From: the human T2T-CHM13v2.0 reference genome, Homo sapiens
Assembly: GCF_009914755.1 (NCBI RefSeq)
Contig: NC_060932.1
DNA length: 64,000 nucleotides
Direction: 5' to 3' (one strand)
Of the stretch, positions 1-14,790 are shown piece after piece (the stretch's first letter is position 1; each line of letters opens with the position of its first letter). The notes beneath the pieces are model-generated. The model was not told where the DNA came from, did not search any database, and saw nothing but the letters and a program-made list of their open reading frames with translations. A program made the position numbers and the translations under genes.

Positions 1-146
1 CACCACACCCAGCTAATTTTGTATTTTTAGTAGAGATGGGGTTTCACCATGTTGGTCAGGCTGGTCTCGAACTCCCGACCTCAGGTGATCCGCCCGCCTC
101 AGCCTCCCAGAGTGTTTGGGATTACAGGCGTGAGCCACTGTGCCCA
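1..146 (-). mobile_element. Alu (AluS-like) left arm, cut by the window edge
   Basis: Reverse-complement Alu sequence: ctaatttttgtatttttagtagagatggggtttcaccatgttggtcaggctggtctcgaactcc...gggattacaggcgtgagccac. Confidence 0.95.
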
Positions 147-392
147 AGGGATTTTTATCATCATAACAATCTCTACGGGATCGAATCCACAGGCAGCATT
201 GGGCAATCTGAGACTAGACCATAGGACCCTATCTGTGTGAGATCTTAGGCTTTAAAGGGAGAAAAATCAAAGCTACCGGGCTGCCGTGTGTGATGCTGTT
301 TTTCCACTGAGTTGTCTTTTACTCATAGGCCAGATGGCCCCTGGTTTTGGTCAAGGTCAAAGTGATTGCTCTCACAGTCCCCTGCAAGTCAC

Positions 393-660
393 CTGGTAAG
401 CATGGTCAGTGTGCACGAGGTAGAGGGTGGTGGGAGCTGAGCGGCTCAACGGCGTCATCAACTTAGTCTCCGTTTTGGCACAAGGAGTTTCTGTTCGGCT
501 TGAATCTGGGATGGGGAAAGTAGGAGGTGAAGCCAGGGACTGGGAAGGTGAGACCGGGGCCAGGCTGCTCAGCCCGTCTGCCACTGAGTCTGTGTTGAGC
601 TTGATCTCAGTGTAGTAAAAGTCCTCTTCTCCATCACTGTAGTCAGAGTCTCCAACGCGC
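393..660 (-). CDS. ZNF704: ZNF704 internal coding exon, 268 nt: (G)[89 protein letters not shown]
   Basis: Acceptor ttttgcattag|G (AG at 662-661) and donor CAG|gtgac (GT at 392-391). The phase-2 start completes the GG|G Gly codon from the 6181-6081 exon. The acidic GEEDFYYTE and DHAYQ motifs are typical of the ZNF704/ZNF395/SLC2A4RG family. Confidence 0.96.
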
Positions 661-699
661 CTAATGCAAAAGAGAGTAAAACAATCATACTAAGCCAAT

Positions 700-850
700 C
701 TGTTTTCTTGCCTTGAAATCTTGCACATGCATTTCCCCTCTGTCTGGAATGCTTTTCCTCCCTCTTGTTTGCCTTGCAAACTCTTCCTTATCCTGCAGCA
801 CTCAGTTCAACTGTCCACTTCCAGGGAACCCTTCCTTGATGTCTTAAAGC
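700..850 (+). mobile_element. L2 fragment, probably continuing at about 3070-3292
   Basis: ttgcacatgc...tgtctggaatgcttttcctcc...tccagggaacccttccttga resembles L2 3' sequence. Confidence 0.55.
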
Positions 851-1033
851 AATTCATTAATTCATTCACTCATTCAATCAATTATTCAACAACGATTTAT
901 TGAGAATCTAATATGTTCAGGCACTGTTCCAGGGTCTCCTGATAACACAGTGAATAAAATATAGACTCCGCCCTGATGGAACTTATAGTGGGAACTTACA
1001 GGCAGACAAGAAACCCCTAAAGAAACAGATATT

Positions 1034-1295
1034 AAGTGGAAGCTAAATAATGTGTATACATGGACACAGAAAGTGAAATAATAGACATTAGAGACTTCGA
1101 AACGGGGAGGGTGGGAGGGAGGTGAGGGATGAGAAATGACTTAAGGGGTACCACGTTCACTATTTGGATGCTGGTTACACTAAAAGCCCAGGCTTTATCA
1201 CTGTGCAACACAGCCATGTAACAAAACTGCACTTGTACCCCCCCATTCAACCTCTGAAAACAGAGATTTAAAAAATTAAAAAATAATTTAAAAAA
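1034..1295 (+). mobile_element. Old L1 (L1PB/L1MA-type) 3' UTR fragment with A-rich tail
   Basis: agtggaagctaaataatgtgtatacatggacac...gccatgtaacaaaactgcacttgtacccc followed by an A-rich tail. Degenerate TSD aaacagatatt / aaatagatatt. Confidence 0.8.
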
Positions 1296-1418
1296 TAGAT
1301 ATTTAATATATCAGGTGTTACTAAGTCCCAGAAAGAAAAATTCAACAGCATAACAGTGTTGTTAAGCAGGATTAGTAATGCGGGCACTATTTTATTTTAT
1401 TTTATTTTATTTTTTTTT

Positions 1419-1531
1419 CATGATTGTAAGTTTCCTGAGACCTCCTCAGCCATACTTCCTGCACAGCCTGTGAACCATGAGCCAATTAAACCTTTTTTCT
1501 TTATAAATTACCCAGTCTCAGATAGTTCTTT
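1419..1531 (+). mobile_element. MSTA/THE1-type MaLR LTR fragment of about 110 bp between two poly(T) tracts
   Basis: catgattgtaagtttcctgagacctcc...gagccaattaaaccttttttctttataaattacccagtctcag matches the 3' part of MST/THE1 LTRs. Both LTR ends are missing. Confidence 0.85.
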
Positions 1532-2869
<1,338 letters not shown>

Positions 2870-3069
2870 TCAGAACTCTAACTTAATTTTAAAAGGATCA
2901 CTCTGGATACTGTCTGGGAAATAGAGGACAGGAAGACAAAAGCAAAAGCAGACGCCACCAAGGAGCTGTTGTCAGCAATATTCCAGATGAGCAGGACAGG
3001 CAAGCAGTGCAAGGGCTGAGACGTTAAGTCCTGGGTGTATTCTGAAGGTTGGGAGTTAGGACTTCACTC

Positions 3070-3292
3070 CTAACTGTTAGTGCTCTGTGCTCCCTCTGAA
3101 GTGTGTTTACTCATCGTTTTGTTAATCACTGGCTACCTGTCTGTATTTTGTTAAACCTCTTTGTCGCTTCACTATGACTGATTCTCTAGGGATGTGTTTT
3201 GTTCATCATGTGTCACTCCACACACATCGGTGTATTTGGCAGAGGGTAGGTACCTAGCAAATGTTGCCTGAATGAATGAGTGAATGAATGGA
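3070..3292 (+). mobile_element. L2 3' end
   Basis: Ends in ...agcaaatgttgcctgaatgaatgagtgaatgaatg, the typical L2 terminal repeat. Confidence 0.65.
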
Positions 3293-3294
3293 GC

Positions 3295-3560
3295 TGACGT
3301 TGTTGTGGCACAGTGATTAAGAGAATGGATTCTGAGGTTAGACTTCCTAGGTTCAAACCCTGACTCCTACACATTCTAGTTGTGTGCATGATTTTGGTGG
3401 CCTACATATAGCCCCCGTTCCTCAGTTTCTCCACTTATAAAATGGGGATCATTAATTATAGTACCAGATTTTGTGATGATTAAGCTAATAAATATAGGGT
3501 GCTTAGAAGCAGATCTTACACAATATAAACACTACGTAAAATGCTTATTAAATAAAAAGA
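3295..3560 (+). mobile_element. MIR SINE
   Basis: MIR core: ggttcaaaccctgactcc...cctcagtttctccacttataaaatgggga. Confidence 0.75.
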
Positions 3561-6080
3561 AAGATGATGTTAGAAGGTCTCAATTTTCACCATCACCAGG
3601 AAAAGTAGCTTCTTAGGTGTTTTCAAAGTTCCTCTCCCTGAAACATAGAACATTATACTTTTCCACAGAAAGTTTTGAGTAAAATAAAATAACTCCCTAT
3701 AATGTCAGAAAATGTTTATTAGATAATTTGTGAGTTTGTAGAGAAGTGGTGCTTCTCTTCTCTAGAAACCTGGCTTTGGGGATGGCTGGGCAGAGGCCAC
3801 GGGTGTCCCCTCACTGCAGCAGCAGCAGCAGATCCCTGACTCGGAACATACCTTTTCCCCACTAATGAGCCCTGCATAGAATCTAACATAAAATCCATGC
3901 CTCACCTCTTCACAGGCCTGTCTTTTTGTTCAAATCAGTGGCTTGTCCCAGCCTAGCTCCATTTCCCCTGAGCTCCCAGGCTGAGGCGCCTGGGGAGGTG
4001 TCTTTGTACCGTATCAGGTCTGGCAGGGCTTGGCCTTGTGACCAGCATACCATTAAAGACCCCAGAGAGTGGGAAGAAGAACGAGCATCTGTTCTATTCC
4101 TGTCCCCACTTCCTTTTCAGTTAAAGGCAGGTTGAGCTGCTGCTGGCTGCCAAGTGCTGCTAATAGACACATAGGCCTGGGGGACACTGCGTGTCCCACG
4201 TGGGGTTAAATCAGGACCAGCCCCTGGTGTACAAGAATGGAGTGAGATTGAAAAGTGTGTGCTTTTTATACAGGCATGGTGTGTACTGCAGACACATCAG
4301 AGGTGACGGCATATTTTCTTCTGGCTTTGACACGTTTCCCTCCTCATCCCCTCACCAGCTAATACTCATTAAAAATGCCCCATCATCCTACAGCCATGTA
4401 ATTGAGTTCATGGATAAAGGCAAATGTATGTTCCCTCTCCCAGTGCATCAGAGAGCACAGGCCCCGGGCTTCATAAGCATAGATTAGCCTCAGAGTCCTG
4501 CTAACCCAGGCCCATTCCTGTACGGTGCCTGGCAGGGCTATGAACCATAATTCACCAGGGAAATTCTAAAAGCACATCAGGAAAAAGGGGATCCCAGGAA
4601 AGCAAAGTGGTTGCATGTTAGATTCCACCCACTGTGAGAGCACCCCAGGAACTCACAGGACTAACACGTGATACCAATTCCAGGGTCTATAAATACATAT
4701 AAACAGCATATGCTTCTGATGGGACCGAATAGGACTCAATTTTCTGGGCAGACAGACTTTAAAACAAATACCCTACCTCCTGGCTCTAGCTTTGGGAAGT
4801 TCTTTCTAAACCTTTAAAAAAACTGAGCTGCTTACATTGTGAATTGTCTTGACGATGAGATTTCAGGGGAGACACTGCAGGATTTCCTTCCCTGAAGGCT
4901 TGAGGAGCAGAAGGAGGGTGTTCTTCCCTGAGGTATTTCAATTGGTATTTCTTACACATAAGGTAGACTCTGGCCAGGGAAGCCTTACCAGGTCCTATCT
5001 CCAGTGCTCTCCAGGCCATATGCTCTGGAAGGCTCTGGTGTGTCCCCAAACATCAGCCTGGATGATTAGAGAGCTAGATCCCTGTTTCTCTCCATGGTCA
5101 CTATGGAGCCACCCTCATAGATTACCTTAGAAGCTATTTTCACCTTCTGCCTATATCACTTGTTGGGCATGAAGCATTTTCTAAATGTATCCCTTGCTGG
5201 GTAAAGTGACTGCTGCATTTATTTCTCTGCACTTATCTTGTGGAAAGGACTCCTCTGTGTCCAAGCACACAGGAGCCTGGCCGTGCATTTGTGTTTGCCT
5301 TATGAACACTGGTTCTGACTTACAGCCTCTCAAGGTCCCTTCTCAGATCCCTGGGCAAGATAGACTCAGGGCAAAAAGCACAAGACTGACGGAATACCAC
5401 TGCCCCCCTGGGGTGACCTGTAACTGCTATGGCTCCTAAACCTTCATTTTATCTTTCCTTTAGAAGGCTGTTATATAATGAGGAAAAGTATAGATTTTAC
5501 AAATAAATGGCTTATCTGAGCAACAGACAGTGATTTCGTAAGAACAGCAACAGCAGCATCGATTGGTGTGGTGACTCTTGAACTCTTTTTAGGCTATATA
5601 TGCTTGTGAGGCTTAAAGTCATGAATACTCTCCACTGGAAAATAAATGTACATTTCATTCCACAGGTAATTTCAGTGGGTTCAAGGACCCCTTGAAGTCC
5701 AATCACAGATTCCAGGTTACTCTAGTGTTTTGTACTTTAAAGTCTCTCTCACATACATTTTATCTTTGGCACTCACACTTGACCCTGAAGAGCTGACATT
5801 ATTATAAATTTCCATAGGGAACTGGGGCTCAGGGCAGCAGCTTGCCTAAAGTGACTCAGTAAGTGAACTAATGAGGCTCTAGGATGTTATATCCTTGTTC
5901 TTTCCACTGTGCCATATTGGCTTAGATGATCTGCAGTGGCCATCTCTCTAGAGATTAGGAAGACCAAGCCAGCCCAGTGTCCAGAACCTTTAAGGCACAG
6001 TGTGGTGTGCAATTTCTGAGTGCGGGTGGCCCTAGACTGAGCAGATGGGGGCTGCATCCCTGAAGAGAGAGCTGCCTTAC

Positions 6081-6181
6081 CCCAGATGGATGGTTCGGAT
6101 GTGTTTCTGGATACCTGCTGCAGTGCTCAGCACCTTCCCACAGTTTTTCCAGAGGCATTTGAACATCACCTTCATGGAATT
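6081..6181 (-). CDS. ZNF704: ZNF704 exon encoding the single C2H2 zinc finger, 101 nt: [33 protein letters not shown](G)
   Basis: Acceptor ctctcccctttacag|AAT and donor CTG GG|gtaag. Pattern C-x4-C-x12-H-x4-H. Phase 0 in and phase 2 out fit the neighbouring exons. Missed by the ORF track. Confidence 0.97.
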
Positions 6182-6449
6182 CTGTAAAGGGGAGAGAGTG
6201 ATATTAGAATGGAAACTATTTTCTAACAACATTTTCTTTATGTCATCCCAACATATTTTTTTCCTTCATTAGAAAAGTAGCAGCATCCCCAGCCTCTTGA
6301 CTATAACTCAGCACACTATTGTAGGCATCCCTAGGTTTGTGAGTATCTTGGTGACCTCAGTTATTTCCTCATATCCTTCAAGAGAAATGGGCTCTGCTGG
6401 AATATTTCAGATCATGTTCATGAAGGTAGTCACAGGGCCATTCTGGCTG

Positions 6450-6920
<471 letters not shown>

Positions 6921-7495
6921 GCGGCAATATTTTCTAAAACAGTCCAGTGCCATGATTGAGAGCACTGATTTTGGGCTTATTTCTTGAGTTCTCAGTGCTC
7001 TTATTTATAAAATAGGAATAATAACAGTACCTGTTTCACAGCATTATTATGAGGATTAAATGACATCATGGAAGTGAATCAGTTAGCAGAATGCTGACAG
7101 GAATAACCATTCAACCAACAGCAGCTATTACAGGATTATTATGATTATGCATCCTAGAGTAAATTTTATAGAAAGTGAGTTTTCTCCAGGGAGGTCCCTT
7201 GTCCTTGGGATGCCACCTCTTTGCTGACTGTTCCCTTGGGTATGGTGACAGTCACTTCCATGTGTTCACCAAGCCCCATTTCCTTTTCCTGCTGGGTACA
7301 CAGCTAGACCTTGATTCCCAGACTCCCTTGCAGTCAAATGGGATCACATCACTGAATTAGGGCTGATGGATGAGAAGTGACACACATTCCTTCTAAGCCT
7401 TGCCCCTCAACTACTTCCCAGTGTCACCCCCAGTCTGCTCTGCTGGCTAGATGCAAAGGACACAAAGGTCTTAGGGTATAGCAAAACCACCAGAT

Positions 7496-8873
7496 CAGAG
7501 TTCTTAATTTTTTGTTTGCCATGAACCCTTTTGGCAGTCTGGTGAAACCTACGAATCCTTCTCAGAATAGTGGTTTTTAATGTTTAAAATAAAATACACA
7601 AAATTATAAAGAAATGCAAGTGTATTGAAATACAGCTAGAAAAAAACATTAAATATTTTGTAACCCCATTAAAAAGTGGTCAAAGGACATGAACAGACAT
7701 TTCTCAAAGAAGACATACAAGTGGCCAAAAAAATAGGAAAAAGACGCTCAATATCACTAATCATCAGAGAAATGCAAATGAAAACCACAATGAGATACCA
7801 TCTCACACCAGTCAGAATGGCTATTACCAAAATGTCAAAAAATAATACATGCTGGCGAGGCTGCAGAGAAACGAGGATGCATATACACTGGTGACGGGAG
7901 TGTGAATTAGTTCAGCCACTGTGGAAGGCAGTTTGGAGATTTCTCAAAGAACTAAAAATAGAAGTACCATTCGACCCAGCAATCCCATTACTGGGTGTAT
8001 ACCCAAAGGAAAATGAATCATTCTACCAAAAAGACCCATGTACTTGTATGTTCATCGCAGCACTATTCACAGTAGCAAAGACATGGAATCAACCTAGGTG
8101 TCAGTGTAATGAATAAATAAAATGTGTTACACATACATCATGGAGTACTACAAAGCCATGAAAAAGAATGAAATTATGTCCCTTGCAGCAAAATGGACGC
8201 AGCTGGAGGCCATTATCCTAAGTGAATTGATGCGGAAACAGAAAAGCAAATACTGCATGCTCTCACTTCTAAGTGGGAGCTAAACGATGGGTCCACATGG
8301 ACATAAAGATGGAAATAACAGACACTGGGGACTACTAGAGGAGGGAAATAGGGAGTGGGGTAAGTGTTGAAAAACTATCTATTGGGTACTATGTTCACTA
8401 CCTGGGTGATAGGCTCAATTGTATCCCAAACCCCAGCATCACGCAATATACCCATGTAACGAACCTGCATAGGTACCCTGAATCTAAAATAAAAGTTGAA
8501 CTTAAAAAAAAAAAATTTTGTAATACGGCAATATGCATACTCTCTAATTAACGTAGTAAATAACAATACCTTGAAGTGGGCCTAATGCCTACCATAATTT
8601 TAAAGTAGTGTTATGAATAAATGATATTTCATGATATCTACTAAAATTGTAATGTGATATGAAACATCTATGATTTTGATGGGTATTAAAGTCACAGGTG
8701 GTGCTAACATTATTATGGCTTCATGCCTTAAATCATAATTACAGGAAATGTTAAATTATGGTTAAGAGGTTGGTGAAAATAAAGATACACTTTTTCCCCC
8801 ATGCAGGTTCACCGACTTCCTGGATTCTGTGTATCCATTTGGGGATCTGTGGATTCCAGGTTAAGAAGGTCTG
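7496..8873. mobile_element. hAT-Charlie non-autonomous DNA transposon (MER119-like), split by an L1
   Basis: TIRs cagagttcttaa / ttaagaaggtctg. 8-bp TSD caccagat (7488-7495) / cactagaa (8874-8881). Confidence 0.75.
7664..8512 (+). mobile_element. Older L1 (L1PB or late L1PA) 3' fragment
   Basis: Degenerate ORF2 end ([21 protein letters not shown]), 3' UTR and poly(A). TSD-like aaatattttgtaa / aaaattttgtaa. Confidence 0.92.
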
Positions 8874-9901
8874 CACTAGAAGGAAGAAGCCTGGATCCCC
8901 AGAGGGCTGTTTGGAGCGAAGACATCCACCCTCTTCGGAACCTCCACTGACCTGACTGGATTGTGACATGAGAATAAACAAACGTTTATTGTGTTAAGCT
9001 ACTGACATGTGAGAAAAATGGGTTGTTCCAATAGTAAGCCCACCCTGACCAACACATACAGCAGTGGTGGCATCTTTCCCAAACTGATGGAACTGATGTA
9101 GCTTGATTTATGTGCCTGCTAGAATATCTGCCATCAAGTACTTCTGGTTCACACCATCATACTCTTGAGTCTATGAAGCAATCATTCACATATTTAGAAG
9201 ACGACTCATCAGCTATTACTGATGGAATCAGTATCCAGATGATTTATCTGGACAGCCACCCCATGCTGAAGATTTTCCATAGGTTTCTGAATTGAAAATG
9301 GTACTTGGGAGCTTCCAGAATTGAAGAGTGCTCATGTGTTGGTGAATGGTTGCCTTAAGCATGGCAAGCAGAGGACAAATGTGGCAGCACATTGCAGCAG
9401 TCTGCTAGAGCAGATTACCAACCACGGAAGGAGCCCACTGTTCACATGGGCTTCGTGAGCCCAGGGCCCACTGTGCCCCAGAGGCTCTGCCTGGGTGGCC
9501 AGCATTCACAGCACAGCAATCTTGCTGTTTCTTCTGCAGCTCCTGGGCACACACACCCAGCTCCATGATGTTCTACCTGCAGTGTGCAGTGCTGGGCGTA
9601 GGACCCAGAGCTACATGAGTTACAGCTGAAGCTCTTTGAGGGACGTGAAAATGCGGAGAAGCAAAGACACAATTAGGAGACTTTAAGTACATGATCCTTA
9701 TGAGCCTGTATTTATTCCAAGGAGACGGTTCACAAATTTCAGCCTTCCTGACCTCCTTGGGCCAGTGATCTAAACACATGAAATGTAAGATGCGCCAGAT
9801 GGGGCGATTTAAATCCCACCTTCAAACCTGCTAGGTTCACAAAAAGGAATTCTGCAGAATTCAAAATACTATTTTATTCAAAGCATATAACTTAACAATA
9901 C

Positions 9902-10353
9902 TGTCTTAGTCCATTTTGCATTGCCATAAAAGAATACCTGATGCTGGGTATAAAGAAAAGAGGTTTATTTAGGTAGTGGTTCTGCAGGCTGCATATGAAG
10001 CATGGCGCCAGCACCTGCTCAGGTTCTGGTGAGGGTTTTTGTGTTGAGTTAAATCATAGTGGAGGTCAAAGGTGATGCAGGAATATGCCAAGAGGGATCT
10101 AACCCAAGGGGTGTTCTGGCTTTACAACAACCCACTCTCCAGGGAACTAATCCATTCTCTCAAAAACCAATCCAGTCTCATGAGAGTGAGACTCTCATGC
10201 CATGTGAGAATGGCACCACGCCATTCAAGAGGGATGCACCCCAATGACCCAAACACCTCCCACTAGGCCCCACCTCCCAACACCCCTATGCTGGGGATCA
10301 AATTCCAACATGAGATTTTGGTGGAGGTAAATGAACCATATCAAACTATGGCA
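9902..10353 (-). mobile_element. MST-family MaLR solo LTR
   Basis: tgtcttagtccattttgcattgccataaaagaatacctga...ggggatcaaattccaacatgagatttt...aactatggca. Confidence 0.85.
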
Positions 10354-10559
10354 AACATTAATGAACAAGTCCTCACACTACAAATGCTTCCTGCCCATTT
10401 TTCAAATGATGAAGCTATATTGTAGAAAATATCTTCCACTTAAGAGAACCAATGACTCAAGCAAAAATACACGTACCCAACAGTCCAAGTATCTGTCTGG
10501 AAATGAAGTCATGATAGATGAAAACACTTTTTGATTCATTCCTAACCTTTTTGCTGATG

Positions 10560-12200
10560 GCATTCTTTCATTCATTAAACCAAATATCTATTTAGCAAGG
10601 AATATTCTACGTTCTGGGGATAGAGAACAAAAAAAGAAATGAGGCTTCTTTCAAGGAAGTGAAATTCTAGTAGGGGAGAGACATAAATTATAATACATGA
10701 TGACCATTTCAGATATAGCATGAGGCCTGTAGAAGGTGACTATTGAGCTGGGACCTGAAAGTTGGAGAAGGAGCCAGCCAAGCTAAGAGCTAGAGTTTTC
10801 CAGGCATAGCGAAGAGTTAAAAGCAGAGGCCTGAAGATGAGAAAGACCTTGCCTCTTGGAGGCCAGAAAGAATGACGGTGTGTTTAGAATGAAATGTGGG
10901 AGGGAGTGATTTGTTTGAGATAAAGTGCAGAAGCAGGGTCAGATCATGTGGGACTTTGCAGACAAAGGTAAGGAATTTGGATTTTCTTCTAAAATAAAAG
11001 AGAAGTTACTGAAGGAAGAGAGTGACACTGTATGACTTAAGTTTTGTTTTGTTTTTTTTTTTAATATTACTCTGTTTTGGGATAGAAAACAAATGTAATC
11101 ACCAGCATGGAGTCAGTGCATGAAGTCACTGCAGGTGAGAAGAGATGGTGGCTTAGAGGCTTTGGGCAGAGAGGATGGAGAAAAATAGACACATTCAAGA
11201 CATAGTTTGGAGGCAGATCCAATAATACTTGCTGTTGGGTTGACTATGAGGAATGATAAGAGGGATGGTGTTAAAGATGACTTCCATGTTTTAGGTTTGA
11301 ATGACTGGGTGAGTTGTGGGTGAGTTTTGGATATGTTAATTTTGAGATGCCTATTATGTATCAAAAGGAGATTGCACGCAGGACACTGGATATGTGAACC
11401 TGGAATCAGGGAGAGTCAGGGATAGAGATATAAATTTGGGGTCAGGAGATGGAGCACTGAAAGCTTGGGTGTGGATGAGCCCATCTAGGGAAAAATGCAG
11501 TTAGAGATGATTAGGGTGCACTGCAGCATCCAATATTTTATGTTGGAGATTGAGAAGGAGCAGTAAGAGAGAGAAGTGGTCAGCAGATCATGATATTAAA
11601 AGCACAAATAGAAGAAAGTGTCTTAGGAAGGAAGATGTGACCAACTGTGTTGAACAAGGACTGGGAATGTTCCTTGGATTTGGCATATGGAGGATGCTGG
11701 TGGCCCAAATAGCAGTAAATCTCGTAGAGTGTTGTGGATGGAAATCAGATTGGTAATAGACTGGAGAGTAAGTGGGATTTAGGAAAACAGAGAGAGTAAG
11801 TGCCAATGTTTTCAAGAAATTTTGCTGACCTATGAGCAGTCAAGGGAGGGTTTGTAAAGATAAGTTATACTAAGGTGCGTTTCTATGCTGATGGGAGTGA
11901 CTGCAAAGACAGGGAAACTGATGGTGCAGTAGAGAAGCAGGGGTTAGCTACAGGATGAGGTTCTTCAGAAGGTCAGGAGAGCAGCGCCAATACACACAGC
12001 ACAGGGAGAGGGGCTGCCTTGGATGAGACAGGACAGTTCTCTGCTGGAAAAAGGAGGGAAACCAGATGGTGGCTGCAGATGCAGTTAATTTGCTAATTTG
12101 GTGGAGAAGGGAAAAAAAGGAATTCCTGTATGACTGTTTCTAATTTTTCAATGAGGCAGGAAGTGGGGTCAGAACTGATGACAAAGAGGGAAGGTTGTGT
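10560..12200 (-). mobile_element. L2 (long 3' fragment)
   Basis: L2 terminus ttcattcattaaaccaaatatctatttag, then purine-rich L2 body (gttttggatatgttaattttgagatgcctatt). Confidence 0.75.
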
Positions 12201-12246
12201 ATGAAGTTTGAGGATACTTGAGAAGGATAAAATACTTGCCTTACAG

Positions 12247-12566
12247 CAGCAGTCCCCAACCTTTTTGGCACCAGGACCGGTTTCATGGAAGGCAATTTTT
12301 CCAGGGACTGTGGCGCAGGTTGGGAGAGGATGGCACAGGTCGGGATGAAACTGTTCCATCAGGCATTAGTTAAGATTCTCATAAGGAGCGCGCAATCTGG
12401 TTCACAATAGGGTTCATGCTCCTATGAGAATCTAATGCGGCTGTTGACCTGCAGGAGGCGGAGCACAGGCGGTAATGCTCGCTTGCCTCCTGCTGTGTGG
12501 CGGGGTTCCTAACCGGCTGTGTGCGGACTGATAACCAGCCCGAGGCCCGGGAGTTGGGGACCCCCG
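12247..12566. mobile_element. MER1B-like hAT-Charlie MITE
   Basis: TIRs cagcagtccccaac / gttggggacccccg. 8-bp TSD ccttacag / ccttagag. Confidence 0.9.
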
Positions 12567-14094
12567 CCTTAGAGAGTGGGAAAGGAATGGGCAAAGCATA
12601 AGATACTATTTCCATATTTCTGATATTCATGATGGGAAACAAGACTCCAGAAAGTTACAAGACTTACCCAGTGTCATCTGATGGCTCTTACCAATGAGTC
12701 AGTCAGATGTAGGCTTTCATACTGAATATAATAGTAATTATTGTACGACATATAAAGCCAAATTCCTCCTACATCATGGGACTTTTTTAAGGCCTCAAAT
12801 TGCTGATTGTTTTAGGATATGATAATCACAGTGGTATTTTTGTGCCATAACAAGTACTATTTACAAGATTACTGTTCGTCCTTGCAATAATATGTCAAGC
12901 ATTTGTTTTTTAAATTGACAAGTAGTTAAGGTTGGTCCTGATTACAGAAAAATAAATATCATTGGTTTAACTTCTTTCCATAATTTTCATTTGTTACTTC
13001 AGGTAGATGATACATTTTGGAGGCATCAAACCCCCAGAATCCAAGGAAGCTGACCATTATCCTCTGTCAAGTCACTTGGAATTAGGATAACTACCAACAG
13101 CAATTGTTTATCTCCTCCTCACACATACACACACCTTCCTTGAACCCCTGCTAAAGGTTCCAAAGAAATCTGTTACCCAAAGAAAATTAGGTAATGATAT
13201 TAAGAAACATGATGAACTTTGTCTCCTCTTTCCTTTTTTCCTTTTGCTGGGTTTTCAAGAGGCACTTTGGGGATAGACTATATTCTATCCCAGTGCCTCA
13301 CAGTGTCTGGCTCAATAAATATTTGTTATGTTCAATCTCAGAAAGGTTGTGTTTTGGGACCTCAGAGATGAGCCACATTTGGGATATCTTAATTTGTTTA
13401 AATAGCACTTTGTAAAATTTACTTAGTGAATCATCTGTGTTCAAAGAATGTTTGTCAAAAAGATTTGTTCTGTAGAATTTAATGTTTCTCAGTATGATTA
13501 ACACTTGCTTATCCTACCTGGCTGTAAATTAACTTCTCAGGGGACATCCATGGTGATGCCCTGCATTGTGAGGATTGAATTATAAGATGGTTTTCTCTTC
13601 ACTTTATATCGTACATTTCTCTTCCAATCTTGCATACCCTACACTGGTAGCTACCTGAGGAAAGTCTGAGTTCACCACCAGACAATGGAAAATCTGCTGT
13701 AGGAAAAATTACTAATTTATAATGACTCAGGTCATTAGCAAAAGTGATTAGAAAACAATGTTGCATCCTAGAGATATAGAAAGTTGCTGTGGATTTGCAA
13801 GGCAGTTGCAAATGTGGACTCAGAAACATAATTACATATAGTGGGAAGACTGTCAACTGTTTTGGAGGAGGGGGCAATCGCAAAACAAAGTTCTGCTTTC
13901 TCCTCGACCTCTTCCTTTTGCATTCCTCTTCCTTTTGACATTCCTTTTGAATATCTCATCTCACATTTATTATCCCATTTTAGTCCAGACTGTCAGAGCT
14001 CTACCTTCATAGTTTACACATGCACAGATAGGGGCCATCTTTAAATTTGAGGGCAATACAGGTTAAGGCAATGAGAGCTTAAGAAACACCTATA

Positions 14095-14325
14095 ACTTTG
14101 AGCCAATTCAATTTGTAGGAATCTTTCCAAAGACAGTAATTCAAAATATTTGCAAAGACATATGTATATTCATTCATCACACAGATTTTTACACTAGATA
14201 AAAATAAGAAACAACCTCAAGGTTGACAACAGGGGATTGGTTAAATTATGCCATATGACTGTATATTAAACCTTAAACATGAAGTTGTAAGAAAAGCTTC
14301 TTTGATGTGAAAAGTTACATATCTA
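14095..14325 (+). mobile_element. Ancient L1M (L1ME-type) fragment
   Basis: aattcaatttgtaggaatctttcc...gaaacaacctcaaggttgacaacaggggattggttaaatt. Confidence 0.6.
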
Positions 14326-14334
14326 TTAAGGGAC

Positions 14335-14790
14335 TTGATGACCTGTCGTATTTGACCTGTCAGGTCTACACCATGCCTTTTCTGCACCATGCTCAGGGTC
14401 CCAGGAGGCTGCATTAACAGGGCTTCTGGTTCATAGATCTCTGGTTGGATTTGGCTAATGAGAGGCACCGGCAGGCAGCTGGGAGGCAGGAGAGATTGGA
14501 AAGCAGGAAGGTATTGATTCCTCCTGGCTCTCTCCTTCTGCCTGGCCACAGGTGGGCAGTGGCTACATCTCTCCTCCAAAAGTTACCCTATCTGTTGGGT
14601 AACCTCTCCAACAGCTATATTTCCAGAGTTCTGGTAACCTTCTGGATTGTAGAAATTCCTCCCTTGTAGAGCCTCTTAAGGCTCTACGGGTTAGGGTTAA
14701 TAATGGCCTTCCAAGGTTGTTAGCCCCTGGAGTCCTGCACCACCCCCTACTGATTTCCCCTAACCCTGTCTACACCTTTGTAAAGTGATT
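14335..14790. mobile_element. ERVL solo LTR (LTR33-like)
   Basis: ggttggatttggctaatgagaggcaccggcagg...ggtattgattcctcctggctctctcc resembles LTR33. Confidence 0.65.

Larger units (their letters stand above)
7255..9056 (+). mobile_element. MLT1-type MaLR LTR split by a hAT element (pieces at about 7255-7495 and 8874-9056)
   Basis: ttcccagactcccttgcagt...agaagtgacacac on the left and gaagcctggatcccc...tattgtgttaagctactga...ctgaccaacaca on the right. Confidence 0.65.

Noticed and set aside
3815-3831. (CAG)5 repeat
   Set aside because: Too short to be unstable, and intronic.
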